The translations under genes were made by a program, and so were the position numbers. The notes under the pieces were generated by a model. It saw only the letters and a list, made by a program, of their open reading frames with translations, did not search any database and was not told the DNA's origin. A DNA stretch of 62,986 bases, filler included, from Ministeria vibrans ATCC 50519 (Eukaryota; Protista; Filasterea): assembly GCA_943704425.1 (NCBI GenBank). It is 7 parts of 7 records of this genome, joined end to end, with 100 filler letters (N's around TTAATTAATTAA, not from the genome) between each part and the next. Parts side by side here need not be neighbours in the genome. Positions count along the whole stretch, not along the records: positions 1 to 19,095 come from CALSCP010001542.1; positions 19,196 to 26,972 come from CALSCP010000408.1; 5 more parts are not named here. The stretch is one strand, 5' to 3'. The stretch's first letter is position 1. Every line of letters begins with the position of its first letter. Positions 11,763 through 23,339 of the stretch are shown here, piece after piece.

Positions 11763-13562
11763 ATGGACAAATTGGGGAAACTAGCTGAGGAGGGCGCACG
11801 GAGGGGCAACGTGGAGTTCGTGCAAGATGTTGAAGACAATCTCGCGACCATCTCAATGGTAACATTTCGCACTCGCAAAACAAGCATAAGGATAGTTGCA
11901 ATAGCTGCTCCACGTTAACGTACGTGCTGCACTGATGATGGCAGTTATCCGTTGAATCGCCTTCATTGTGCAGTAGTGTGTGTGTTTTTTGCAAAAAAAA
12001 CAAACAGAAGACAAAAAACAATCGACCACAATAAATTATTATTCTTTCGTTGTTCAAACGAAATATATTATAACGCTGGTCAAGCAGGTTCAGCACAAAT
12101 AAAAGCTGTCAAAAGTTTTTTTTGTATTATGACTGCTTACCCTTCTATTGTTATTTTGATTATTGATCTTCTTCACACATAATATTATTATAATGTTAAA
12201 AATATAGTTAGTACTATTATTACTCTTATTCCTATTATTATTATTATTATTATTATCATTATTATTGTTAATAATTATCATTATTATTACCATTATTACT
12301 ATCATCATTTTATTATTATTCTCTTCGCGCGGTGACTGTATCATTAATAAATAGGTTGTATTCTTCTTCTTCTTCTTCTTCTTATTCTTTCACAGCTGGT
12401 GAGCGAACGCAAAAAAAAAGTGTCCGAGCAAAAAGATCGTGCCTGGAGGAAGAGTATGGCGGATCTGAAAGAAAAAGTGAAGCAGCTCGAAGAGCATCGA
12501 CTCATCATGACCCACGAGAGCGAAACCCACGCCTTCCGGTTTCTCCCACAGAAGATAAAGGAGCTCTCCAGCCAAAACCTAAAGGAACTGGTTCTCTCCC
12601 GTGCATCGACTGCGACAGCATCACCAAAGACAATGAGTGCTGCGTCATCGACAACTGCACCTACAACCATAGCATCACTACCGACCATCACAACACAACC
12701 AACAAAATCAACTACATCACAAATAATCACAAACAACGTCGAGGCACAAGAACAACCGCCAAGCACCAGCGACAACACTCCCGAGTCCTCCTCTTCCTCC
12801 CCAGAGCTACTCGTGCCTCCCCCAGAGCCACTTGTGCCTCCCCCAGAGTCGCTCGTGCCTCCCCCAGAGTCGCTCGTGCCTCCCCCAGAGCCACTCGTGC
12901 CTCCCCCAGAGTCGCGAGCGCCTTCCTCAACGACCATAGCCAAACCGAGTGACGGGCGTATGTCGGCAACAGATGCCCCAATTGTCCCACTCCGCATCGC
13001 TATCGTCAACAAGCACAACACTCGCTCCGACGACTTCCTTCGTGCCTTTGCAGAAGCAATCATGGATCCACTGAAAAACCATGACATCTACTTCAGAATC
13101 GAGTTCAATGTCGACATTCTCAGGCACATTCCAACGGAGAAAAAAGCCTATTTTGCCGTCTTCTTTGTCCATCGGGCAGACGGTCGCTGCAGCATTGACC
13201 AATTTGCGGAAACAATGCGGGAGTGTTTAGCCGCAAGCACGACCCAAACGGCCATGTTTGTGGCGTCGTTCAAGACGGCGCCGACGCTCGACGAGAAAGG
13301 ATGCGCTGAAGACTTTCCCTCGGGCATTTTCTGCAGCAAACTCAACGAAAAGAGACACGAAAAATACCAGCGACAGTTCCTCTACACCACAATGTACCAG
13401 AAGAACTCGGAGCTGTCCTTCCAGATTGAGTATCTTGAGTCGGCGATCGATTTGCTTCGTATAGCCCTGCGCGCTCACTGTGACTTGAAAGGGCACCAGA
13501 TTGAGTGGGACAAACCCCGGCCCATTCAGTCGCAAGAAGATCAGCTAGATAATGAAAACTAA
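11763..13562 (+). CDS. Uncharacterised protein: coiled coil, Thr/Ser/Pro-rich linker, C-terminal alpha/beta domain
   Basis: Exon 11763-11858 (MDKLGKLAEEG...ISM|GTAACA) joins in phase 0 to CAG|12396, followed by an open 388-codon exon. Confidence 0.6.
12800..12915 (+). repeat. Coding 21-nt tandem repeat (~5 copies) encoding PPPE(S/P/L)LV
   Basis: CCCAGAG(T/C)C(G/A)CTCGTGCCTCC units are visible directly. Confidence 0.9.
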
Positions 13563-13680
13563 TGCATAATAATTATTATCACTAATCATAATAATAAAAA
13601 CAATAATAATTAGTATGTCATCGGGATACTTTTACTGTACACTCTCTAAAGTTACAACAGTCGTTCGTAGTTGCCCCGAG

Positions 13681-14782
13681 TCAAGTCAGAACCGCAACAA
13701 GTTCACAAACAAAGCCCACAAGTGCCCCTAACACATTTCCCCACACGACAATCCACGATAGCTCTTCGTGCACCAGTCGATCGACCATCTAAGAATAATA
13801 ATAGTGGCATATGAATAAATAAAATAACAAAAGAGACGCATCATGATCATAAGCGTTAAGAAAAGGACCTTTTCAACGCGATGAGGAGTCAGCAGTTGCA
13901 AGCGGTCGCGCATGAGACGATTGATGTGTACCCGCAACGCCCTTGTATTCACAATATCGCCCAATTCCACCGAGCCAATCACCTCCTGGGTCAATTCTTC
14001 ACACACGGCAAGTGTCAATGGCGTAAGGTTCTCGACAGCTGAACAAAAGAGCACCAGAACCCCGAGGCGATGCAGNNNNNNNNAAAAAAAAAAAAAAAAA
14101 AAAAAAAAAAGAGAGAGAGAGAGAGTCAGATGAACAATCAAATAGTGCGTCGTGATGTACTAGGGTCGCGTCGTTGCAACTGCGCCAGCTCTTCGTCGGC
14201 AATCGCCTTCACGGACGCGGCTGAGAGGCCCTCGTGAACATGCATTGGGGCATCCAGCCAGCCGCGCAGGTGCTCAAACCGGCTGTGGAGGTGGCGCTCA
14301 AGCGGACGCGCCCCAAAGACGCTCGTCATGACGACGCTCTTCATTGCGCGACGGATTTCGCGGAAATTCAAGATGAACACACCGCTGCCGGGGATGAAAA
14401 AGACCCGGTGGAACAGTAGCTTGATGGCAATGACGTTGGTGATGCCGTTGACAAAGCCAAACAGGCCGGTGGCGCGGACAACGCGAAAAGTGTTTATCCA
14501 AGTCAAACTCGCGTCGGTGTGCCACAAAACGGCCACAACTGCAATGCCAATGAGCATCACGGTAAAGGTGATGAAGTTGCTCAGCGTGCCGCGGTCCAGG
14601 CTGCGCAGGTAGCTGCACACATTGGCGCAGGGAGGACTGTTTGCGGATGCAGCCAATCGGGTGTGCGCCACATACACCACAGGCGCTTCCCGAGACTCCG
14701 CCTCTCGAGGAACGTAGTTTGAGAACGAAATGCCCGACGCTCGCGGCGCTGCCGAGGAGTAGTCGGGGTCGATCACGGCCAT
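13681..14782 (-). CDS. DUF445-family membrane protein
   Basis: N-terminal GLFGFVNGITNVIAIKLLFHRVFFIPGSGV and spliced C-terminal LTPHRVEK|MVDRLVHEELSWIVVWGNVLGALVG; stop TGA at 13683-13681. Confidence 0.7.
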
Positions 14783-15010
14783 ACAATGAAAATAGATTGA
14801 TTATTATTCAAAATAAATTACGAAAATACAATTAATAGAGACTGGACTCAATGTCAATCGAATAATAAGCATTAAGCAACAGCGAAACTGCTCTTTCGGG
14901 TGCCGACTGCCAAGTGTGCACGGAAACATCAAACAACGGAGTGAGGATTGTGATGGAGAAGGAGACGATGGATGTTGTGTGCTCAGCAGCCAATGATTTC
15001 CAGTGGCAGC

Positions 15011-15857
15011 GCACCGTTTCTCGGAGTGTTCCGTCCCGAGCAGCCACTGAGTGTGTACTACTGCAATGCGGATGCCAAAGGAGATTGGGCGGTGCTTGTG
15101 TGTGACTTGCAGACTTGGCGGCTCGCGATTCGGAGGAAGTAACGGAAGTGCGGAGGAAGTGCAGTGTGTGTGGGAGTTGGTGGCCAATGTGAATGCGACA
15201 GAATGTCTTGCGTGTGATGCAACTGAACCCTTTTTGGACTCGGGCGATTCTACCGGTCGCTCAAGTCTCCTCTCGCCCTCCGTGATTGCTTTTATTTCCA
15301 TTGTCTCACTGGTTGTGTTCTACTACGTCGTCAAGGCCTGTGCACGCTCAGAAGTACTGCGTGGCACCCATATGCATTGGCATCGCCAACGTATAACCCA
15401 AATGCATTTCAACTGAACGAGCTGGACTTGACGAATCCAACGAATACGAACAATAATATTAATAGCAACAACAACAACAACAACAATAATAATAATAATA
15501 ACCGTCTGTGTTTGATTGCAATAACATTCCTCCGCCCGCTCCAATGGGACTGGAGCATTTGCCGTACGGTGCTCCGCCCGCCTACACACGCACTCCTACT
15601 GTCACTGAGGGTGTGCCGCCGCCACAGATGAGCCCACCAACCGTGGTAGGGCACAGTACTGTGTTGTACTTGAGCTCACTGTGAACACTGAGACGTTCCT
15701 GGCGGAGCTGGTTGTGTGAAACACTGTTCCCACCGCTGAAGAAGCGCCACTCAACAATGCTAATGATGAGGATGAGTTGCCCGCCTACGACAACCTTTTC
15801 AGTGCAGCTGAAGCTCCCCAGCCAGCGCCGAATGAACAGGGCGAGAGCAATGCCTGA
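15011..15857 (+). pseudogene. Frame-disrupted single-pass membrane protein with PPxY/LPxY motifs
   Basis: TM segment VIAFISIVSLVVFYYVVK, poly-Asn, APPAY and ELPAYDNLF lie in successive different frames with no clear GT-AG introns between them. Confidence 0.3.
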
Positions 15858-16062
15858 GGGAACACATTAAGAGACAGAGAGTATCCTGTACCATATTATT
15901 AATAATAACTATTGCAGCTTATTCATGTGAACAATACAACCAAGTAAACCGGTGATGGAATCGGCCGTTATGAGAACATAGCGGGAGGTGGATTTTTCGA
16001 TTGTCGAATACCGCTTTTCGTTGATCCACTATGTTTTTTTTTTTTTTGGAAGTCCTAGCTAG

Positions 16063-16686
16063 GAGGTCAAGAGCTCCGGTACCACGCTCGCTGCCGTCAC
16101 GCTGACACGCACAAGCAAAGCGAGTACGTGTGTCGCCGAGGACAGCGTGTCTGCTTCCATTGTGAGTGCGACGGATATCACACTGGCGGGCTCTCCCAGT
16201 TGCTTTGTCATTTCATACAAGACGGAACACACTCCTGACGTGGTTCCGCAGGTTCTTTGCAGCTCCAACCCCTGCTCGAACGGTGGCACCTGCGTAGAGT
16301 GCGGTGCGTCGTATGTTTGCCAGTGCGATCCCGAATTCACTGGCAGTGAGTGCGATGACAGGCTCACGTGCTATTCGAGCCCGTGCATGAACGGCGGAAC
16401 ATGCAACGACGCAATTAACAATCACGTCTGCAATTGCCCCGACGGATTCGATGGTGATATGTGCGAGTCTGCAAGTGACCCTTGCTCGCCCAACCCATGC
16501 CAGAATGGCGGTACCTGTACCGACTCAGGCGGTAGCGCATCGTGCTCCTGTACGTCGCAGTGGGGTGGCAACACCTGCCTGACCCGACTTCCCGACCAGA
16601 ATTGTGGCGGAATTCCAGGCTTCCATTGCACAACAGCGCAGCCCATCTGCACGCCTACGCCGTTTGCTAGTTGCAACAACATCTAG
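16063..16686 (+). CDS. Small EGF-repeat protein exon (3 EGF units; upstream exon not identified)
   Basis: Polypyrimidine tract and AG at 16061-16062, then an open frame with CSSNPCSNGGTC, CYSSPCMNGGTC and CSPNPCQNGGTC. Confidence 0.6.
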   Translation, partial: EVKSSGTTLAAVTLTRTSKASTCVAEDSVSASIVSATDITLAGSPSCFVISYKTEHTPDVVPQVLCSSNPCSNGGTCVECGASYVCQCDPEFTGSECDDRLTCYSSPCMNGGTCNDAINNHVCNCPDGFDGDMCESASDPCSPNPCQNGGTCTDSGGSASCSCTSQWGGNTCLTRLPDQNCGGIPGFHCTTAQPICTPTPFASCNNI

Positions 16687-17663
16687 TACATCAGAAACAA
16701 AGAAAAGTAAAGGAGCTCATTGTTCATCTTTGTTTTTCTATCGTCTCGGAACTCAATGCACACAAAAAAAAAATGTCGAATGACGAATGGGGTCGGTTAT
16801 AGGGCGCGTTTTTAGGCCCGTTTGCTGATCGGCAGGCGTTTTTGCTCATATTCGCAGTTTGGGCCACGGCTGGAACCTTTCTAGGAACCACACGCTGCCA
16901 ATGCCCAATATATAACTAATAACTCTTTTCCAATCTGCATAACAATATGAGGAGTAATATATTTCTAGCCATGGCTTCAACAGCGAATTCTAAGTTCTTT
17001 TTTCCTTAGGCTAGGGGGCCCTAGCTAGGGCAATAACTTCATTGTACAAGACAATTTAGCCATCCGAAGCGGTTGCTTCACCCTCGCAGGAGCCGAAGCA
17101 GACGTTCCCAGAGACTTGCATACAGAACCATTCACCCCAGACAAGTGAACAGCTCCGCAGCTAAAAACGCCGTCAGATTTTAAACTGAAAATCTTTCACA
17201 CGAAAAAGGAAGAAGAAAAAGGAGGAAGGGAAATGCAAAAAGGGAAATGGGAAAGAAAGGGAGGAAAGAAACAAATGATATATAACAGGAAATTCATCAG
17301 GAGCGGGTAGCAGCCATCACTCAACAGGGACCCTGTGGGTTGGTGCCGCTGACACTCTCTGTACGGAGTATTTGAAATTAGAAATGTCTTCTTCTTCTTC
17401 CTTATATTATTTGAATCATGAGTTCTTCTTCTTCTTAGAGTAATAAATGGGTTGTATTCTTCTTCTTCTTCTTCTTAGAGTAAGCGTACTTTTGTGATCA
17501 GTGAGTGATTACTTCACTGGATAGCGATTGCGCTTGTGCTTTTGTTGTAGATCTGGTGAGTGCACCCATGAAGAAATGAGTTGTATGAAGGTTGGAAGAA
17601 GGTTGTATTCATACTGTTCTTCTTAATTGTTTGAATATTGATCATTTTGTCTTTTGCCATTTT

Positions 17664-18843
17664 ATGATTCGAACAGCACTGCGAAGCATGACCACAAGCG
17701 CCGCCCGAGCGGGTCTCAATCGAACCATAATGGTTGAGAAGCTGACGCCCGACTTTGCGGCTGCGACCAAGATTGTATCGCAGCCCATCCCCGAGCTGGG
17801 GCCCGGCCAGGTGCTTGTCAAGACATCGTACCTTGGTATCAACGCAAGCGACGTCAATTTTACAGCGGGTATGACAGTGGATTCGTCCGATGCTTTCACG
17901 CGACTCAAACGCGTTTCGCACAGGACGCTATTCTCCTGGAAGCAAGCCGCCTTTTCCGGCTGGATTCGAGGCAATCGGCGAGGTTGTGGATGCCGGACAG
18001 ACTACGCGGCTTGCCCCGGGAACGCCTGTGGCGCTGATGGGCGACGGAGCCTTCTCCGAGTTCCTCGTCGTCAACGAGAAGACGTGTTTCCCTCTCCCTC
18101 GCGCTGATCCTCATTTTCTGCCGCTCCTGGTCAGCGGCCTGACTGCTTCAATCTCTCTGGAGCGTGTTGGTGAGATCAAAGAAGGCGAAACGGTCCTTGT
18201 GACGGCGGTACGAATACTTTCGAAACGAACTCCACTCATTTCTTCCGACTATTTGTGATCATTTTAGGCTGCTGGTGGCACTGGCCAGTTTGCAACGCAG
18301 ATTGCCAAGCAAAAGGGCTGCAAAGTGATTGCAACGTGCGGCTCGGACGACAAGGTGGCGTTTCTCAAAGGCTTGGGGGCAGACCGCGTCGTCAACTACA
18401 AGAAGGAGAAGCTGGGCGATGTGCTGAAGAAGGAGTATCCGAGCGGAGTGAATGCTGTCTATGAGTCTGTAGGCGGTGAGATGTTTGAGGCGAGCGTGCG
18501 CGGCCTGGCCAAGCACGGGCGTCTCGTTGTTATTGGGTTTATTACCGGCTACCAGAGCCAAAAGGGATTCAGTGATGACACTCGTCACTCAGTCCCTTTG
18601 CCGGCCCGCCTCCTCACCAAAAGTGCATCAGTACGCGGCTTCTTTCTGTTTGATTACCCACGCGACTTTGCGCGTCATTTTGCGTCGCTCGTGAGTGCAC
18701 TCGAATCGGGCAAAATGGTTTCACGGATTGATCTGACAGCGCAGACGGGACTCGAGGCAGTGAGTGACGCAGTGGCTTATTTGCACTCGGGAAAAAGTGT
18801 TGGAAAGGTCATTGTACCAATGAGCCCTCAGTCCAAGCTCTGA
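17664..18843 (+). CDS. MDR-superfamily NADPH oxidoreductase, PTGR3/ZADH2-like, with probable mitochondrial presequence
   Basis: Three exons: GINASDVNFTAG|RYSPG...AGFEAIGEV...LLVSGLTASISLERVG...VLVTA|AAGGTGQFA...YPSGVNAVYESVGG...LLTKSASVRGFFL. Arg/Ser-rich N-terminus. Confidence 0.85.
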
Positions 18844-18890
18844 TAAAACTTTTTCTCACTCCGAGATTTATGATATAATGTTATGTTGTT

Positions 18891-19085
18891 TTACAATCGA
18901 ATTGAGAGTGACTCTAAGAACTGATTGAGAGAGAGTTCCGAAGTAGGAGCGAGTTTGGCGATGAGCTGATCCAACACAATGGGTTCCAAATGACGCAAAG
19001 GGGGGAAGTCGGTGAGCATTTGGGTGCGCGAGTCGCGATGCGATGGGATCAGACGGCACTCCATGAAACGGGTCATGGACGTGTT
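18891..19085 (-). CDS. Terminal exon of a divergent Sec23-like protein (rest lost in gap)
   Basis: NTSMTRFMECRLIPSHRDSRTQMLTDFPPLRHL...LSLNQFLESL resembles the RLIPxHxD...FPxLRxL C-terminus of divergent Sec23 paralogs (from recollection only). Confidence 0.45.
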   Translation of the reverse strand, partial: NTSMTRFMECRLIPSHRDSRTQMLTDFPPLRHLEPIVLDQLIAKLAPTSELSLNQFLESLSIRL

Positions 19086-19095
19086 CTGGGGGGGG

Positions 19096-19195
19096 NNNNN
19101 NNNNNNNNNNNNNNNNNNNNNNNNNNNNNNNNNNNNNNNTTAATTAATTAANNNNNNNNNNNNNNNNNNNNNNNNNNNNNNNNNNNNNNNNNNNN
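19096..19195. other. Artificial contig linker N44-TTAATTAATTAA-N44 (also 26973-27072, 37764-37863, 57478-57577, 59554-59653, 61755-61854)
   Basis: An identical 100-nt pad with stops in all six frames occurs six times, and genes are truncated on both sides of several copies. Confidence 0.95.
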
Positions 19196-19488
19196 TTTTT
19201 TTTTTTTTTTTTTTTTTTTTTGCACTACCGTAAACGACCGCCACCCAAAGAGCCAGTAGAATAATACGCATGGAACCTTATAAGACTGATGCCACTTTGA
19301 TCGTTACAAATTGTGTGTGAGTGAAATCTAATAAAAAGTTTACTGTGTAACTATTAGGTCTGTCTATTACTCAACACCCAACAGTCCCAACACAAAAAAG
19401 TCTCATTCACCCTCAGGCAGACTACCCGCGCTACCCCAAGATTGAATCGGTGCACGTCAACGAGAGCGACTCGGACTTTGTCATTGAC

Positions 19489-20082
19489 CTACGACCCTAC
19501 CTGAATGCAGCCGGCACAGAGTTTCTCGACTGCTGTGTGCGGTGATTGAGTGCACTGTTTCTGTCGTTCGAGGATCTCGAGGGGTAGTGAAGTGTGCGTG
19601 GCGTCGCAAGAAGGAGGTGATTTTGTATACTTGCATGAACCAATCGAATAGCGCGACTGCGGCTTGCCATCCTGCACAAGTGACAAGAAAATGTCCTTTT
19701 GAGTTGGTCACGGAATCACACGGGAGAGTATCATGGATAACCTTGAGAGTACCAGGGACTTTCCAGACGAGGGGTTGGAAAGGCGTTCCGACATGCGAAC
19801 CTGTGTAAAGAAAGGCGTTCAAGTCATCCCCGAAAGAGTATTTTTCTCTTACTATCACACCAAGGCTGGCTCTTGCTAAGTCCACAGGTACACCATAATT
19901 TCACTTGGCCAACAGAGAGTCCAGTTATGGACGAGGGAGAAAACTTCGAGAAATCAGTCCACAAAGAACAAAAGTCTCAAGGTCTGTAAGAGTTGTCGCC
20001 CCCCTCCCTCCCTTACCGCAGAAACAGCAGGAAATATCGGTGGAGAATCTAACTTGGGCTCCTTATCAGTACTTGATGACAT
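19489..20082 (-). CDS. Two-CDGSH iron-sulfur domain protein (CISD3/MiNT-like)
   Basis: Four short exons not seen as one ORF: MSSSTDKEPK...AVSA / FSPSSITGLSVGQVKLWCTCGLSKSQPWCD / SSHVGTPFQPLVWKVPGTLK / DGKPQSRYSIGSCKYTKSPPSCDATH...KLCAGC. Confidence 0.75.
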
Positions 20083-20199
20083 TTTGACAGGTGTACGTGG
20101 CAGTCTGAAAAGTGGAGTTGATAAAAGAAACAAATAGTTGTCGCAGTCTGTTGACTTTCTTTCAATCTTAAATCACAACATTTCACTAACTCTTCCTCA

Positions 20200-23002
20200 A
20201 TGACTGACATTGTGGCCCCCGAGTTGTACGCCGTGTTGGCTTATATGGGCATTTTCTTTCATGTGATGCCGGCCTTGCAACGCGCCGCCGACATTGCTGC
20301 GGCAAAGCTCGAGGATCTTCTTGGCCCGACGCCAAACGCCAAAGCCGTTGCCGAACTCCACCTCAAGTTTCCCAAGCAGCCTACCAAAGGCCCCCACCTT
20401 GACTTTATGTCGAGACTGTCTCTTGGTGTCGCCATCTTGCCTTCTAATATCCCGTTTCAAAAACTCGAGACTGCTGTTGTGCATCTTGCCTCCACGCCTG
20501 CGCGCTTGCTCATGCTTGTAAAAAACTTCCGTCTTCGTGTAGAGAACGGCGACAAGCTCTCATACTACGACTTTTCCGCGCTTGCTTCACTTTTTATCTA
20601 CACGCGCATTGGCGGCGACACTTTTCCCCGCGATGAGCTCAAAAAACTTTTACAATTTCGCTCTTCTTTCGTCTGCCACCTGAAGAACCCGAATCAAATT
20701 TCGGAGGAAGACCACCGGAAGTTGTTTTCTCTCATGAAGACGGTTGTCCGTGCTTTGCATCCCGACGAGGAGGAGCTCGTCACCAAGTTGGAAGACTTGT
20801 CACGCGTCAAATCTCTCCCCCTGAGTGCCCGAGTCAAACTGATCGGCGCATTGACACCCAACGCCAGCGATCTTGATCCTACCTTTGAGAGCCAATACAC
20901 CATCACGCTACCGTGGTCCAACGAACAGCAACACGAGCCCAAAGTCGGCGACATTGTCTGTGAAATGCGTCATGAACTGCACAATTACATTTGCTGCTCG
21001 TACTCCCTGATCCCCGACAATCCCACGTACTTTGTGACGGACGTCACAAAACGCGAAGATCCAAATGGGCGCCTTTGTACCCACTGCACCTGCCTCGTCT
21101 TCGGCTACATCCACCTCAGCACCGACCGGTTCCACTCGGACGCAGACATCCTACCAGTCGATCAACCTCTTCGAGCTGTAGGCTATGCTGACAACAGTGG
21201 CAGCCTTGTAGGTTACGCGACATCTGACGCTGCACACAGCCGCTCCTATGCCTGGTTCATCGCGGGCTCATCCAACGACGACAGTGGCAAGATCATTGTT
21301 CGTGTGACATGCCCCAATCTCGTTCCGCCGTTGTTCTGGTCTGCTCCCACCACCACGAACCCCACCAACAGCTCGCATCAATGGAAGCTCAAAGCAGCCA
21401 AGAGGCTGAGTTCATGCACGGCCAGACGCCCGACAACAAGATCCCCTTTCCAGATCTACGTCCCTACCAACAAGACTGCTACGACAAACTGGAACGAACC
21501 CAACGAACCCTATCCGTGCGCGCCCACGTTCTCTACCTGCCTACCGGCGCCGGAAAGACAGTCGTAGCCCTCCACTGGGCTCGTAGAGCTCTACAGAAGC
21601 ATCAAAACAAAAGAGTGGTCTTTCTGGCGCCGACCAACTTACTTGGTATGCCACTGTCTCTCACACACAACTCATTTGGTGTTTTTGTTGGTTTTCAGTG
21701 CTACAGCAGGCGCATTACTTCACGTCGCACCTCAGGCAGCCCCATTCGACGCTGACGATGGAAGAGGAGGTGGATGAGACGCCCATTCCTGCAGAGGCCC
21801 TCTTGCTCTTTAGCACTCCCGGTTGCTTCAAGAATGCCCTTGAGAAGGGCGACAGTCCCTCTCCGGCTGGGCCCGCCCTCTCTCTTGACGACGTCTCGCT
21901 GGTGATCTTTGACGAGGCGCATGCCACTCGCAAGGTGTGACGGAACAACCAAAAAACTCCCCCGAAGTGCAGCAACTGACCATTTCGTCTTCCCATTCCT
22001 TTTCCGTGATAGAACTCGGATTACAACGTCATTGCGGAGAGAATTCGCAAGTGTGTCGCAGCATCCAACAATCAGTCTGCGCTACGCGTGCTAGGTCTCA
22101 CAGCGACACCCTGTGCCCATGAAAAGTACGATTCAGAGCAGTCGTTTGTCAGTGGGCACGACCTTCTCTTGGAGAACATTCGGATCGATCCAATTCACCC
22201 TGCGACCTTTGTGTGTCCCAATCGCGCACACATGCTGGAACTGCAAGAGTATGTGAGCAAGGTGGAGTCAGCTGTTTGGAAGTGGACGCGCGACGAACAA
22301 GAACATGACCTGTTCGAGCTGCTCAACGCTGCTATTCCTCAGCTGAGCCACATTGCACGCATTGCACTGTGTGTGCTCAAGGTCCTTGGAGCTCGCGCTG
22401 CTGCCGTCTACCTGACAGACTGTTTTCAGTTTGCCGAGTACCAGATGCCCCTGTCGGTTGGCCAAGTGAAGCAAGTGAGAATGGCACGTCAAAGTACTTG
22501 CTCGAGTTCGCTGGCGGACGAGTTGTTGTCGCAACTGAGCGACTCTCCTGCCGACAGCATCCTTGTGTTGACGCAGGAGAAACTCTCAGCGCGTCTCTTT
22601 GATTGGGCACTGCGCCATGGACAGCACAAACGTTCTTCCGACTTCATCACGGGCCAATCGGATTCACTGTACATGAAGGGGATGTCGCGGATTGTGCTGA
22701 AGGAGAAGCTCCAAGCTTTCAGTCAGGCGACCGACAACACCAACATTCTTGTGGCCACAGACGTGGTGGAGGAGGGCCTCGACGTGGGTCGCTGTCGGAT
22801 GGTCGTGCGCACTGAACCGAGTCAGACAGTGCGCAAGTGTGTACAGGCACGCGGTCGTCTTCGCGAGGTCGAGTACGACTACGCGAAGTATGCTGTCTTG
22901 ACGGAGAATCGCGATGAGCGGAAGAAAGCGGAGAAGAACACCCTTGGCAATCGACTTGTCTTTCAATGGATCTATTCGACCATTGTGAGGGAGGAAGTTT
23001 GA
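20200..23002 (+). CDS. RIG-I/Dicer-type SF2 DExD/H helicase with unknown N-terminal region, copy 1 (frame discontinuity near 21340-21375)
   Basis: LRPYQ (Q motif), LPTGAGKT (I), VFLAPT (Ia), IFDEAH (II), VLGLTATP (III), LVATDVVEEGLDVGRC (V), VQARGRLR (VI). Introns at 21646-21698 and 21935-22012. Confidence 0.8.
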
Positions 23003-23339
23003 AAAGAAATAAACTCTGTGATGTTTGTTGTTTAGAATCATTATAATTATATATATAATTGGGGTAGTGAGTGATTAGTTTGTGACAGAAGAGAACGTGA
23101 TTGTATCCAATCCTTCTTCTGGTACATAGTACCGATTGCACTTGTATTTTTAGTTGTCGAATGTTGATCTGATGGTGTAACGAGTATATGGGTTGTATTC
23201 TTCTTCTTTAATCTTGAGTTTGCAAGGGGCGATCTATCTACGCGTGGTGACCGTGTCATTAATACCACATTAATACACGGTTTGCCACTCAGACACTGAC
23301 AGACTCACTACTTCATTTAATACGTTCTCTGCTCACTCG

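Noticed and set aside
17005-17190. 14-nt palindrome GCCCTAGCTAGGGC and a peptide (HTEPFTPDK*TAPQLK) faintly like a non-LTR retroelement
   Set aside because: Too short and interrupted, with no RT core motifs or terminal repeats.
19140-19151. Palindromic TTAATTAATTAA repeated six times
   Set aside because: Always centred in an exact 100-nt N pad; it is an assembly linker with six-frame stops, not biology.
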